From Flavobacteriales bacterium (lineage in GTDB: Bacteria > Bacteroidota > Bacteroidia > NS11-12g > UBA955), in the NCBI GenBank assembly GCA_947487055.1, contig CANKVN010000001.1, positions 19,555 to 83,554 on the forward strand: a stretch of DNA of 64,000 nt, given 5' to 3'. The notes beneath the pieces were generated by a model. It saw only the letters and a list, made by a program, of their open reading frames with translations. It searched no databases and was not told where the DNA came from. Numbering within the stretch: the first letter of the stretch is position 1; each line of letters begins with the position of its first letter. The translations under genes and the position numbers were made by a program. Positions 1 through 9,600 of this stretch are shown here, in pieces.

Positions 1-3000
1 TACGCATGAAGCGGATGCTTTTAAAATCGCTGATGTTGCCTACGGCTTTCTGGTATTGCCTTACCGGAATTTTAAACTGATACCAGTTTATTTCTTCTTC
101 TTTACCATTGCGCAGTTTAACCCTTTTGCGAACGATATCGGCTACATAATTTTTACCAATTTGCAAATCAGCGGCACTTATCTTCAATTGATACTGATAA
201 TAATCTTCGCTTTGGTTTAGCGTGAAATCGCGGTTTACATCCTCATCATTGGGCGCAGAACTGGAAGATTTTGGCATGCCGGTGTATTTTCCGGTAAACC
301 TATCTGGATTGGAGTTTCCCTGTAAACCCTGAAAACGGCTGTATCGCCCGATGATATCGGCATCTGCATTGGTATAGTTGTCTTCCAGGTAATGTACAAA
401 ATTATCGTTGGATGGATCTTGAGCTGCCTTTTGGTAAATGGCGGATGTGTTACCAAAATTGGCCGCCAGGGGTTGCAAATAGGATTGATCGAAGTGCTCT
501 TTTTCCTGGTTATCATCCATGCCATCCAAACCTGCATCCTGTTCTTTCAATGTTGCGGGGTTGTTGTTAAATGCAAAATTGATTTGAGGAACAGAAGGCA
601 CAATGGCGTAATCAGTGGTATCGGTATTCTGGTAGTCGCCGGGGGTGGTTGGTCTTCCGTTTTCAAATGATTTGCGCCTGTCGGGAAGAATATCTTCGCT
701 GATACTGCCCAAGTGAAGGTAGAATTCACCCTTCAAGCCCGGATTTTTAATCAACGGATCCATCATCCATATTTCAATATAATCAATATTGGCGGCTTCA
801 AAATCATTTTGATCTACACGGCGCATGATGCCTGCCCAGCTCTTTTCGGGTTGAAGCAAATTACCGGCTGCATTAATCTGTCCCGGAATGCTGTTGAAAT
901 TATACAAACCCCGCTGGGTGGGCCTGTACACCAAATCCAGTGTAGTAAGCAGCGTTGGCGTGCCGGGAGGGAACTGACGCTGCGGAAAAACCTCACGCTG
1001 GTCAATCTGCCGCATGTATGGGTCGCTGAGGATATCATCCACCCGTTTCTGGATATTGTCAGGCATGTCCGCATCGCGGTAAAAGAGCTGGTCTATGCTG
1101 TAGAATGAGAGACTCGCATGGCGGTTCAGCCAACGTAATTTATTGGTATCAGACGTTTCCGGAAACAGACTGGGTTGCTTTTGCGGAACGCTGGCCACAG
1201 TCCAATTTGAAACCTGTTTAAAATCGTTGGGGAGCTCGGCATTCTCGAAATCCTCGAGGTTGGAAACGCCGCGCTGACCTCCCTGGGATTTGTGGTTGTG
1301 GGGGATAATCTTTGCAAACTCCGCATAAGCAGTAATGCTGCTGATTTCTTTTGTTTCCAGAAATGGCAGGCGGTCTACCATCCGCGTAATAAACCTGGAT
1401 TTATTGCTGTAGGCTACATCACCACCGAAAATGGTATTTAGCAGCGGCTCTTCATTAAAATTGGTTTTGGTGGTCAGTGGTCTTTCATACATATGCAAAG
1501 CTGTTCCTCCAACCAGCAGGTGTTTATTGAATTTGTGTTCAATCCTTCCACCAACCAGGGTTTTTTGCTGGATATTAAAAAAGCTCTGACCGTCTGCACT
1601 GGCCCTGATTTCTGCTCCGCCGCGCAGTAACCCGTCATTGATTATTCTCACACGGCCTAGTGCATAATCAACCTCATAATCCATGCCTTCCTGCAAGGGG
1701 CGTCCGTTGGCGGTTACACGCACAGAACCTTTCTGCAAATTGGTGGTTCCCAAAAACAGTTCAGCACCATTGGGGCTTTTATAACTTCCTGACAAGAAGA
1801 ACTTATTGTGCTTCACATCCTGCTGAGCAAGCCATTTTGTGCTGTCGTAGAGGGCATCATAACAATAAAAATCGGCTAAGTCGCTTCTTCCCCCAAACTG
1901 GCTGCGCATGTAGTTACCAAAAGGCTCAGTTACCGGAAAAATAATGCGGGCGTATTGTGCCTGAACGGTTAGTCCTTCAATGGCATCAAAAATACCATCC
2001 GGTTTGTCCTCTTGCTGCCTGTTTAGCTTATCCAGACCCAATACACGGATAAGTGGATTTCCATTGGCAAAGGCCGAAACTGCATCGCGAATGGGTAAGT
2101 AATTGTAGTCTGCGCCCGAGGTATCATCGGCATACAACACATTCAGTTTAAAATCATCCAATGACAAGCTATACGTATTGAGGGTATAGATGTTCTTCAT
2201 CATCAGATTCCACATAGGCATTTTTGTGCGTATGGTATTGCCTTTCAGCATTTTGAGATACAGCATTCGCTGATCTCCTGGTGGCACATCACGGCTAAAT
2301 TCACCTACTGAATATACCTTGCCATTGTAAGTATATTCGAAGGCTACAGCCAAAATCTCATCGTTATTAAGCGGTTGGTTCAACGAGATATAACCCAGCT
2401 GCGCGTTCAGCGTATACTCAGTCCCTGTTAATTGTCTGGCATTGTTCAGAATATCAAAGTCTACGGTTTGTTCAAAATTGGGGTACATGGAAAACAAACG
2501 GTCCACAGCGGTTCCATTTTTTCGTACCAGCGCATCACCCGAAACCTGTCCGTAGAGGTTGTTTGAAGCATTATCGGGCACCGGGTCGATATTGCCGCCG
2601 AGGCTAGTCCTGTAAGGTTTTGATTCGCCCAAATCATGGAAAACAAGAATGTCGCGGGGGGTTTCTATGTTGGCACTGCGGTTGGTTACCCATACCTCAA
2701 CCCTGTTGATAATTACACCACTGGCCACAATGGGCAGGTTTTGCAGCGACTGGTTATAGGTTTCATGGAAATACTGAGCAAGAAAAAAGTGGCGGTTTTG
2801 GTCGTAGTTATCGGAGGTGATTTTAAATTCATTAAGCTGCTGACCGCCCTGCAAAACGGTTTCCGTGCTTTGCCCTTTGTTTTGGCTAAATACAGACTTC
2901 ACTGTGGTTTTACCAAACTGCATGGTTGTGCTAAATCCAAACAGGTTGTTTGCCGGTTTAATCAACTGGGTTGGCAGGTTCAGGCTCACGTTACCCACCT

Positions 3001-3724
3001 GAATGTCCTTTAAAATACCATCGGGCTTTCCCTTCCAGCCTAGGTTGGTTTGGTTATCAAATTCAAAAGCGGCTTCGGTATCGTAGTTGATTCCAAGTTT
3101 TACATTTTGGCCAACAGAACCATTGGCACTAATTTGCAATTGCTGATCAAAAACAGGAACAAAATACCGTTGCTGTCTTTTGCTGAAGGATGGATTGCGG
3201 TTTACGTTCACATTGCCACCAAGCTTAATCATGGCAGAGCCATTCAACTGAAAATCAACACCGCCTTCCCCAAAGATTTTGCTTATGGTTGGGTTGGTGA
3301 GTTCTGTTTTAATGTAATCGTTGATGCTTCCTTTTCCTGCGCTGCCGGTGTTGTAACTGGCATTTTGGGATTTCTCGCGGTAGTAATCTATGCGGTTGGA
3401 ACGGGTGGTTTCTTTAAAGTATTCTGAAACGCTAAGTGATTTTCCTGTTGGGTAACTAAGGCCTCCAATGGTGGTATACTCTTCGTAACGGTTGGATTTT
3501 GGATTGTATTTCCATTCGGAATTGATGGGATTTTGAAGATCCACATTTCCGGTAGACTTGCTTTTTTGCCAGGCTTTTGCGGGGGCAATGGAATATTTTA
3601 ATGACGTGGTATCGGTCTGCGCGCCGGCACCAAGCGAAACCATCAACACCAACAAAAGCCCCATTGACTTGAGCCTCTTTACTGACATAGAAACGGCCAT
3701 CCTAAATCGGGTGGTAATACTCAT
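1..3724 (-). CDS. sprA: SprA-like T9SS/gliding cell-surface protein, N-terminal ~1241 codons (3' end runs off the window at position 1)
   Basis: Absent from the ORF track because it has no stop in the window. Hand reverse-complement translation from ATG 3724 gives MSITTRFRMAVSMSVKRLKSMGLLLVLMVSLGAGAQTDTTS (signal peptide). The frame is still open at positions 2-58 (QYQKAVGNISDFKSIRFMR). Every minus-strand ORF the track lists in 1-3600 is in another frame (end coordinate mod 3 = 0 versus 1) and is at most 100 aa. The very large secreted protein directly downstream of gldAFG-ruvA fits SprA. The family call is from memory. Confidence 0.7.
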   Translation of the reverse strand, partial: MSITTRFRMAVSMSVKRLKSMGLLLVLMVSLGAGAQTDTTSLKYSIAPAKAWQKSKSTGNVDLQNPINSEWKYNPKSNRYEEYTTIGGLSYPTGKSLSVSEYFKETTRSNRIDYYREKSQNASYNTGSAGKGSINDYIKTELTNPTISKIFGEGGVDFQLNGSAMIKLGGNVNVNRNPSFSKRQQRYFVPVFDQQLQISANGSVGQNVKLGINYDTEAAFEFDNQTNLGWKGKPDGILKDIQVGNVSLNLPTQLIKPANNLFGFSTTMQFGKTTVKSVFSQNKGQSTETVLQGGQQLNEFKITSDNYDQNRHFFLAQYFHETYNQSLQNLPIVASGVIINRVEVWVTNRSANIETPRDILVFHDLGESKPYRTSLGGNIDPVPDNASNNLYGQVSGDALVRKNGTAVDRLFSMYPNFEQTVDFDILNNARQLTGTEYTLNAQLGYISLNQPLNNDEILAVAFEYTYNGKVYSVGEFSRDVPPGDQRMLYLKMLKGNTIRTKMPMWNLMMKNIYTLNTYSLSLDDFKLNVLYADDTSGADYNYLPIRDAVSAFANGNPLIRVLGLDKLNRQQEDKPDGIFDAIEGLTVQAQYARIIFPVTEPFGNYMRSQFGGRSDLADFYCYDALYDSTKWLAQQDVKHNKFFLSGSYKSPNGAELFLGTTNLQKGSVRVTANGRPLQEGMDYEVDYALGRVRIINDGLLRGGAEIRASADGQSFFNIQQKTLVGGRIEHKFNKHLLVGGTALHMYERPLTTKTNFNEEPLLNTIFGGDVAYSNKSRFITRMVDRLPFLETKEISSITAYAEFAKIIPHNHKSQGGQRGVSNLEDFENAELPNDFKQVSNWTVASVPQKQPSLFPETSDTNKLRWLNRHASLSFYSIDQLFYRDADMPDNIQKRVDDILSDPYMRQIDQREVFPQRQFPPGTPTLLTTLDLVYRPTQRGLYNFNSIPGQINAAGNLLQPEKSWAGIMRRVDQNDFEAANIDYIEIWMMDPLIKNPGLKGEFYLHLGSISEDILPDRRKSFENGRPTTPGDYQNTDTTDYAIVPSVPQINFAFNNNPATLKEQDAGLDGMDDNQEKEHFDQSYLQPLAANFGNTSAIYQKAAQDPSNDNFVHYLEDNYTNADADIIGRYSRFQGLQGNSNPDRFTGKYTGMPKSSSSAPNDEDVNRDFTLNQSEDYYQYQLKISAADLQIGKNYVADIVRKRVKLRNGKEEEINWYQFKIPVRQYQKAVGNISDFKSIRFMR

Positions 3725-3793
3725 TTTTTAATACAGAAAAAGTAAACGTAATGGTTCGCCTTATATTGTCAGTGTTTTGTAGAATTGTGCAAG

Positions 3794-4399
3794 TTAAAGT
3801 ATTTTGAGCGAATTACGGATAAGTTCTTCCACCGAAAGCGCAGTTTTACCGTTATCTGAAATTTTGAGCAGTGCTTTTTCTGCAGCTGCTTTATTATATC
3901 CCAGGACGGTTAACGCTGTCAATGCTTCATTTATAGGGTCAGACACACCCGGAGCCATCAATGTTGCCCCGGCTTTTAATTTTTTACCGCCAATTTTATC
4001 CCTAAGTTCCAGTACGATACGGTGGGCTGTTTTCTCACCAATGCCTTTTATGCTTTTCAACAGCCCCACATTGCCATTCAAAATTGCCGAAGACAGCGCT
4101 TCTGCATCCAGGCTGCTCAACATCAGGATTCCGGTATTGTTTCCCACGCCACTCACAGAAGTCAGCAGGCGAAACATTTCGCGCTCTGCAGGATCGCTGA
4201 AGCCGTAAAGCAAAATGGCAACCGGACTTTGGTTTTCCACCTTAAAAGTTTGTTCCACAAACACCCTCACCTGCTTTTGCGGCTTTATTTTTTCGTAGGT
4301 AAAAATGCTGATGGCCAGGAGGTAACCCAAACCATTGTTTTCGATAACCACGTGGGTTGGACTTATCTTTTCTATATTTCCTTCAATGAAATCGTACAT
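3794..4399 (-). CDS. ruvA: Holliday junction branch-migration protein RuvA
   Basis: 201 aa. It has the MYDFIEGNI..NGLGY N-terminus, a helix-hairpin-helix region (IKGIGEKTAHRIVLEL) and a C-terminal domain III, and the length is typical. Confidence 0.93.
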   Translation of the reverse strand: MYDFIEGNIEKISPTHVVIENNGLGYLLAISIFTYEKIKPQKQVRVFVEQTFKVENQSPVAILLYGFSDPAEREMFRLLTSVSGVGNNTGILMLSSLDAEALSSAILNGNVGLLKSIKGIGEKTAHRIVLELRDKIGGKKLKAGATLMAPGVSDPINEALTALTVLGYNKAAAEKALLKISDNGKTALSVEELIRNSLKIL

Positions 4400-4402
4400 G
4401 CT

Positions 4403-6169
4403 TTAGCGGGTATATTTTCTTTTTCTAATCCAGTAATTGGTGGTACCAAACAAGATGATTAATCCCAAGGGCAACAGTAAATTCAGCATTTGCCAATAGG
4501 TTTTTTCGTCTTTTATTTTAACCGGATCCAGCAAACGCAATGTGGTTTCCCGACCCCTTATTTCTATCAATCCATTGTCATCAATCAAATAATCGACACA
4601 GTTTTGAAGCAGCTTTTGGTTGGCAAACGTAATCTGGCTGTATCTGTCATATCCTGTAGGAAAATTGCCGCCTTTGCTGCTCACAAAATTGCGCATAATG
4701 TCGCCATCTGCAATCACAATCATGGCACTTTTACCCTCGGTTAAATAACCTTGATTCAGCGGTTTCTTTTGGTTCCGGAATGGCGATTTAAACATCCCCT
4801 CCACCAGCACACCGCTCACCTGAGGCCCCGATTGCATGGTCTTGGAGAAATTCTTGTCTGCATTCATCATGGCCACCGTAATCAGCTCCACCGTGGCGGG
4901 AGCATTGGCAATTTTGGTGTATGGCGACGACACCAGCAACGGTGTCATCTGTAATCCTTCCCGTTTTTTCAACTTCAAGGTTGCAGGAAACTGGGCCCAT
5001 ACGGCACCTATGTTTTTGGTGATGATGTGCTGGCTGTTTTTGCTCGTAAAAATCGGGAAATAAGGGAAGGGCATCAGCTGCATACGACCACCTGCGGGCA
5101 GGGGAACGCGGTTGCACATCATATCCTGCAGCAGGTCGGAATTAACCCCCACACCATAGGAAAACAAACTTGCATTGAGGTTCTCCAAACCGCGGTCCAT
5201 TGCCATCACCGTTGGCATTTTCTGAAAGCTGTCAATTTCAATATTCACAGGATCCATCAGCCACATCACCTTTCCGCCTTTCATGATGAATTGATCAATC
5301 AGGTATAACTCAGCAGGTGAATAATCTTTTTCAGGTTTTATCACCATCAGCAGGTCGGCACTGTTCAGCCTTCGCTGCAAGCCTTTCAGCAGTATCAATT
5401 CTGCGCTGTCCGGCTTTGCTTGGATTTGCTCCAGAAAGGGCCTTGCGCTTTCCGGATCGGCAATATTCATGTTTAGCGCTTCTAGGCTGTAATAGCGGCC
5501 AAGCTCTTTGGCGAACGAACCCACACGGGCATCAATCATTTCGCCGTTTCCATCGGCTACCACTATCTTCTTTGCCTTATCCGTAACACATTGTCTCAAG
5601 GCATTGGCAAGCTCATATTCAATATTATCGATGGCGCGCTTAATGTTGGATTCGATATCCAGTGAAACATCGTATTGAAAGAAATTTGCTGAAACGGTTT
5701 TACCCTTATAATTAAAATCTGCGCCGGGCACTAGGTATTTGATGCGGGTTTCATCCCCATCTTCCATATCAATGTCGCGCACAGGCTCCATTCCTCGTTC
5801 TGCAAACCCTTCCAGAATGGAAGAAACTTCCCTTTTCTCTTTGCTTTTGAGGGGATCTGAAATTTCTATTTCCAATTTACCTCCACTGGCTTCCCTGAAT
5901 TCAAAGGCCATGTCACGGATCTCATTCCGCAACTGCTTGAATTTCGAACTCATTTCCCCATCCAGGTAGAGTTTGAAATACATTTTTTCCTGCAACCGCG
6001 TAGCCAGTTTCCGGCTTGTTTCACTGAGGGTATAACGTTTTTCCTGGGTAAGATCAAAACGCTTGTAATAGAAGGAAGACAAGGCATTCAACACCACCAG
6101 GGCAACCACCACCACCAGCAATTCCAGTAGGCTTTGGGTTTTGTACAATCTGCGCTTTTTCATTACCAT
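4403..6169 (-). CDS. gldG: Gliding-motility-associated ABC transporter auxiliary/substrate-binding component GldG
   Basis: 588 aa. An N-terminal TM anchor (LLELLVVVVALVVLNAL) and a C-terminal TM anchor (LLLPLGLIILFGTTNYW) flank a large extracytoplasmic domain. The FDLTQEKRYTLSETS motif near the N-terminus is typical of GldG. It overlaps gldF by 7 nt. Confidence 0.8.
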   Translation of the reverse strand: MVMKKRRLYKTQSLLELLVVVVALVVLNALSSFYYKRFDLTQEKRYTLSETSRKLATRLQEKMYFKLYLDGEMSSKFKQLRNEIRDMAFEFREASGGKLEIEISDPLKSKEKREVSSILEGFAERGMEPVRDIDMEDGDETRIKYLVPGADFNYKGKTVSANFFQYDVSLDIESNIKRAIDNIEYELANALRQCVTDKAKKIVVADGNGEMIDARVGSFAKELGRYYSLEALNMNIADPESARPFLEQIQAKPDSAELILLKGLQRRLNSADLLMVIKPEKDYSPAELYLIDQFIMKGGKVMWLMDPVNIEIDSFQKMPTVMAMDRGLENLNASLFSYGVGVNSDLLQDMMCNRVPLPAGGRMQLMPFPYFPIFTSKNSQHIITKNIGAVWAQFPATLKLKKREGLQMTPLLVSSPYTKIANAPATVELITVAMMNADKNFSKTMQSGPQVSGVLVEGMFKSPFRNQKKPLNQGYLTEGKSAMIVIADGDIMRNFVSSKGGNFPTGYDRYSQITFANQKLLQNCVDYLIDDNGLIEIRGRETTLRLLDPVKIKDEKTYWQMLNLLLPLGLIILFGTTNYWIRKRKYTR

Positions 6170-6891
6170 TTCCTGCTTTCGAAAAATGTTTTTGTTAAAC
6201 CAATAAACAGGCCGCTGAAACTCAACATGTAAAGGATATCGCGGGTATCCAGGACGCCCCTGCTCATGCTGTTAAAATGATATTCAAGGCTAAACCATTC
6301 CAGGCTCTTCCCGATTACATCCAGGGCTTGAATATCGCCCATCATGCCCAATACCACATAGAAAAAGAAACCCATTGCCATGGAAAGAATCAGTGCTACA
6401 ATCTGGTTGTCGGTAACCACCGATGCGAATATGCCCAATGAAGAATATGCCATTGCCAGCAATACCAATCCAAAGTAGCTTCCCCACATGGCTCCTGTAT
6501 CTACATTCCCTTGTGGCGAACCCAGCTGAGAAACACTGTAATAGTAAATAAGGGTGGGCAACAACGCGATAATCACCAAAAATACACTTGCTGCATATTT
6601 GCCTAAAATAATTCCCAAATCAGAGATAGGCCTGGTGGTAAGGGTTTCCAGCGTACCCAATCGTTTTTCTTCGGAAAAGCTGCGCATGGTGATGGCCGAG
6701 ACCAGAAAGATAAAAATATAGGGAGCCAACTCAAACATCACCTGCATGCTGGCCAATCCTAAATCAAAAACAGTATTGCCTTTTATCACCCACATGAAGA
6801 GGCCTGTGGTTCCTAAAAAAACCAGCATCACCACGTATGCGATAAGAGAACTTAGAAATCCTCGGATTTCCTTTTTAAATATGGTCCACAT
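6163..6891 (-). CDS. gldF: Gliding-motility-associated ABC transporter permease GldF (ABC-2 type)
   Basis: 242 aa polytopic membrane protein of ABC-2 permease size. It sits between, and overlaps, the ATPase gene and gldG. Confidence 0.8.
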   Translation of the reverse strand: MWTIFKKEIRGFLSSLIAYVVMLVFLGTTGLFMWVIKGNTVFDLGLASMQVMFELAPYIFIFLVSAITMRSFSEEKRLGTLETLTTRPISDLGIILGKYAASVFLVIIALLPTLIYYYSVSQLGSPQGNVDTGAMWGSYFGLVLLAMAYSSLGIFASVVTDNQIVALILSMAMGFFFYVVLGMMGDIQALDVIGKSLEWFSLEYHFNSMSRGVLDTRDILYMLSFSGLFIGLTKTFFESRKW

Positions 6892-7792
6892 GTCCGGTTA
6901 CTTGTCTGAAAATGTTTTCTAAAGAATGTTGCTCGCTCACCAGTTCCATCACTTCCAGGTTCGCTGCGAGCGCAAATTGCGAAACTGCCTGCCTAAAGTC
7001 TGCCTGTGTTCCGGTAAGGCGCCACGAATAACCGCCGGTATTCTCTGCAGCAATGCAGCCCTGAATTTGCAGCAAGGCCGATTGCTCCACGGCTGCAGCA
7101 AACTGCACCCTGACCAAAACCTTACCTCCACTACTTTTCCTCAGGTTTTCAAGCGTATCATCCGCAACAATATTGCCTTTATCGATAATAATAACCCGGT
7201 CGCAGATTGCTTCCACTTCCTGCATGATGTGGGTGCTGAGCATGATGGTTTTGTCGCGCCCCAGGCCTTTGATCAAATCCCGGATTTCCACCACCTGATT
7301 GGGATCCAGCCCACTGGTAGGTTCGTCCAGAATCAGCACATCGGGTTCATGAATCATGGCTTGCGCCAAACCCACACGCTGTCTGTATCCTTTGGATAAT
7401 TGTCCGATTTTTTTATGCTGTTCTGTTACCAGGTTCGTAAGGTCAATAACCTCAGCAACCCTTTTTGCCGGATTTTTCATCCCTCCCATACCTGCAGCAA
7501 AAGCCAGGTATTCTTTCACATACATGTCCAGGTATAAAGGATTGTGCTCGGGAAGGTAACCCACATGCTTTCGCACCTGCAGGCTTTGCTCTCCTACATC
7601 CAGTCCGCAAACTTTGGCAGATCCTGAAGTGGGTGGAATAAAGCAGGTCAGGATTTTCATGGTGGTACTTTTACCAGCGCCATTTGGCCCTAAGAAACCT
7701 ACAATTTCGCCCTTTGAAATAGCAAAGGTGATGTTGTTTACCGCTGTTTGGGCGCCATACAACTTGGTTAAATTACTTACTTCTATGCTCAC
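6875..7792 (-). CDS. gldA: Gliding-motility-associated ABC transporter ATP-binding protein GldA
   Basis: Walker A GPNGAGKST, ABC signature LSKGYRQR, Walker B VLILDEPTSGLD. The longest ORF starts at TTG 7816, but GTG 7792 gives the canonical MSIEVSNLTKLYG start. Confidence 0.8.
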   Translation of the reverse strand: MSIEVSNLTKLYGAQTAVNNITFAISKGEIVGFLGPNGAGKSTTMKILTCFIPPTSGSAKVCGLDVGEQSLQVRKHVGYLPEHNPLYLDMYVKEYLAFAAGMGGMKNPAKRVAEVIDLTNLVTEQHKKIGQLSKGYRQRVGLAQAMIHEPDVLILDEPTSGLDPNQVVEIRDLIKGLGRDKTIMLSTHIMQEVEAICDRVIIIDKGNIVADDTLENLRKSSGGKVLVRVQFAAAVEQSALLQIQGCIAAENTGGYSWRLTGTQADFRQAVSQFALAANLEVMELVSEQHSLENIFRQVTGHVDHI

Positions 7793-7890
7793 GGTAGAAA
7801 TGCAAAAATAAGACAATCGGCTTCACCTAAGTGAATAATGATAAGCAATGAAAGCGGGTGTGCAGTTTATTTTACACCCCGCTGATGGTA

Positions 7891-8412
7891 TTAATTGGCA
7901 GATTCTTCGCCGGCGTCGGCTGCAGCGGCAATTTCGCCCAGTTCCCTGTCGAGCAGATAAAGGCCACTTCCGTCCTTGCCTACTATTTTCAGCTTGTTGA
8001 GGATGCTTTTCACCTGTTTTTCTTCCTCCATTTGCTCACTCACATACCATTGCAGAAAGTTGTGTGCGGCATGGTCGCGCTCTTTAACCGCAACATTCAC
8101 CAATTCATGGATGCTTTGGGTAACTTTTTGTTCCTGCTCAAGCACAGACTTGAAGCAAGTATGGAAATCCTTGAACGATTTGGGTGGAGCCTCAATAGCA
8201 GGAACGATTGCATGCCCGTCGTTGTCGTTGATGAAGTGAAATATTTTCAGCATGTGCATGCGTTCTTCATCGCTCTGCTTGTAAAAAAATGCGGCAGCGC
8301 CTTCAAAACCTTCAGCATCCATCCAGCTGGCCATGCTCAAGTATACTGCACTGGAATACGCCTCCATGGCTATTTGATGTTGCAGTGCTTTTTCTATACT
8401 TTTTGAAATCAT
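7891..8412 (-). CDS. ftnA: Non-haem ferritin
   Basis: 173 aa four-helix-bundle protein with ferroxidase-type E/Y/E..H residues (AMEAYSSAVYL, SDEERMHMLKIF, EQEQKVT). Size and pattern are typical of bacterial ferritin. Confidence 0.88.
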   Translation of the reverse strand: MISKSIEKALQHQIAMEAYSSAVYLSMASWMDAEGFEGAAAFFYKQSDEERMHMLKIFHFINDNDGHAIVPAIEAPPKSFKDFHTCFKSVLEQEQKVTQSIHELVNVAVKERDHAAHNFLQWYVSEQMEEEKQVKSILNKLKIVGKDGSGLYLLDRELGEIAAAADAGEESAN

Positions 8413-8456
8413 ATGTTGTGTAGTGCGAAAGTAAACTTAAAGAATGGCAAATTGTT

Positions 8457-8954
8457 TTATTTACCTGAAAAAGCTTTCAGCTGTTTTTCAAGCTCTTCTT
8501 CTGCGCCAGGAGTATATCCCTGATGCGACCATACCACGTTGCCGCTGCGGTCCACAATGAATGTCAACGGAGGATTATTCACGTTCATGGCACGTGCCAG
8601 ATCCATGTTTTCATCCAGGATAATCTGATAATCCCAGCCATAACCCAATACTTTTGGCTTCACTTTTTTACTGTTACGGGCATCGTCAATGCTCACAGCA
8701 ACCAGCTTCATGTTATAATTTTTCTGCCAATCCGCATAATGGTCGTTTATCGCTTCCAATTCTTTGATACAAGGGGCGCACCAGGTGGCCCAAAAAGAAA
8801 TCACGGTAAGTTTGCCGCTGTCTGCAACTGTTTTAAAGTCTAGTGGCTGACCGTCAATGTTTTTAACCTGCACCGAGGGTAGGGTTTGGCTTTGGGCATT
8901 GGCCTGAAAGGCTAATGCAATGAGGGCAAAAGAGAACAGGAGAATATTTTTCAT
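8457..8954 (-). CDS. TlpA/ResA-like periplasmic thiol-disulfide oxidoreductase
   Basis: 165 aa with signal peptide MKNILLFSFALIALAFQANA and the thioredoxin-fold active site WATWCAPC. Confidence 0.8.
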   Translation of the reverse strand: MKNILLFSFALIALAFQANAQSQTLPSVQVKNIDGQPLDFKTVADSGKLTVISFWATWCAPCIKELEAINDHYADWQKNYNMKLVAVSIDDARNSKKVKPKVLGYGWDYQIILDENMDLARAMNVNNPPLTFIVDRSGNVVWSHQGYTPGAEEELEKQLKAFSGK

Positions 8955-9012
8955 AACACTTTTACAAAGTAAATCAAATCATGTGCCATTTTCGAAATTC
9001 ATGGACATTTGC

Positions 9013-9045
9013 AAAAAAAAAGCCGCAACTTTCGTCGCGGCTTTT
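9013..9045 (-). terminator. Intrinsic terminator after the lipoprotein gene
   Basis: AAAAGCCGC / GCGGCTTTT 9-bp stem. On the minus strand it is followed by a run of 9 T (plus-strand A9 at 9013-9021). Confidence 0.6.
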
Positions 9046-9064
9046 CATTATTTTGTCTTGATAA

Positions 9065-9487
9065 TTATTTTGACTTGTAGTGATACTCCGTTTTATCGGT
9101 GCCATCATCTTCCACCAACCACATTTCGTTGCTGGTCAGTCGGGTAATTTTTAATAGAAACTTGGTAGTACTTCCGTTTTCCATCAATTCCAGGTTCTCT
9201 TTTTTGCTGTCGAATGACCAGGTGCCCGTTTCTCTGTCTCCATCCACCAAAAACTCATAGGCTCCGTCTTTTTTAAACTCCAAAGTGTGATCTCCCAGAT
9301 TTAACAGAAATAAGGCGGTAACATCCTGCCCATTTAAAATACACTTTTCGATAACCCAGGTATTGGCTACACGGGCTTTCTTAGAGCTGAGTGAAAAACC
9401 GGGACCATCTTCATACTTGCCACAAGAAGAAAATGTTGCGAGTGCCATGGATGCCACAGCAAACAGAATGAATGAGAATTTTTTCAT
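9065..9487 (-). CDS. Small secreted lipoprotein, function unknown (lipocalin-like size)
   Basis: 140 aa. The signal peptide ends in LATFSSC followed by GK (lipobox-like Cys). I recognise no catalytic motif. Confidence 0.5.
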   Translation of the reverse strand: MKKFSFILFAVASMALATFSSCGKYEDGPGFSLSSKKARVANTWVIEKCILNGQDVTALFLLNLGDHTLEFKKDGAYEFLVDGDRETGTWSFDSKKENLELMENGSTTKFLLKITRLTSNEMWLVEDDGTDKTEYHYKSK

Positions 9488-9600
9488 ATCAAATATTTGA
9501 CTACAAAATTAGGAGGGCATTTAACCAAATACAAAATATATTTATTTACTGTATAAAAAAGCGGAAAAACGATTTCGGATAATCGCAGTAACTTCGCAGC

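Noticed and set aside
392-3427. Plus- and minus-strand ORFs of 60-131 aa listed in the track within 1-3600
   Set aside because: All are out of frame with, or antisense to, the continuous sprA frame that the track omitted. None has signal, TM or domain features.
7858-8406. 182-aa plus-strand ORF covering the ferritin locus
   Set aside because: It is the antisense shadow of the ferritin gene. Ferritin motifs are on the minus strand only.
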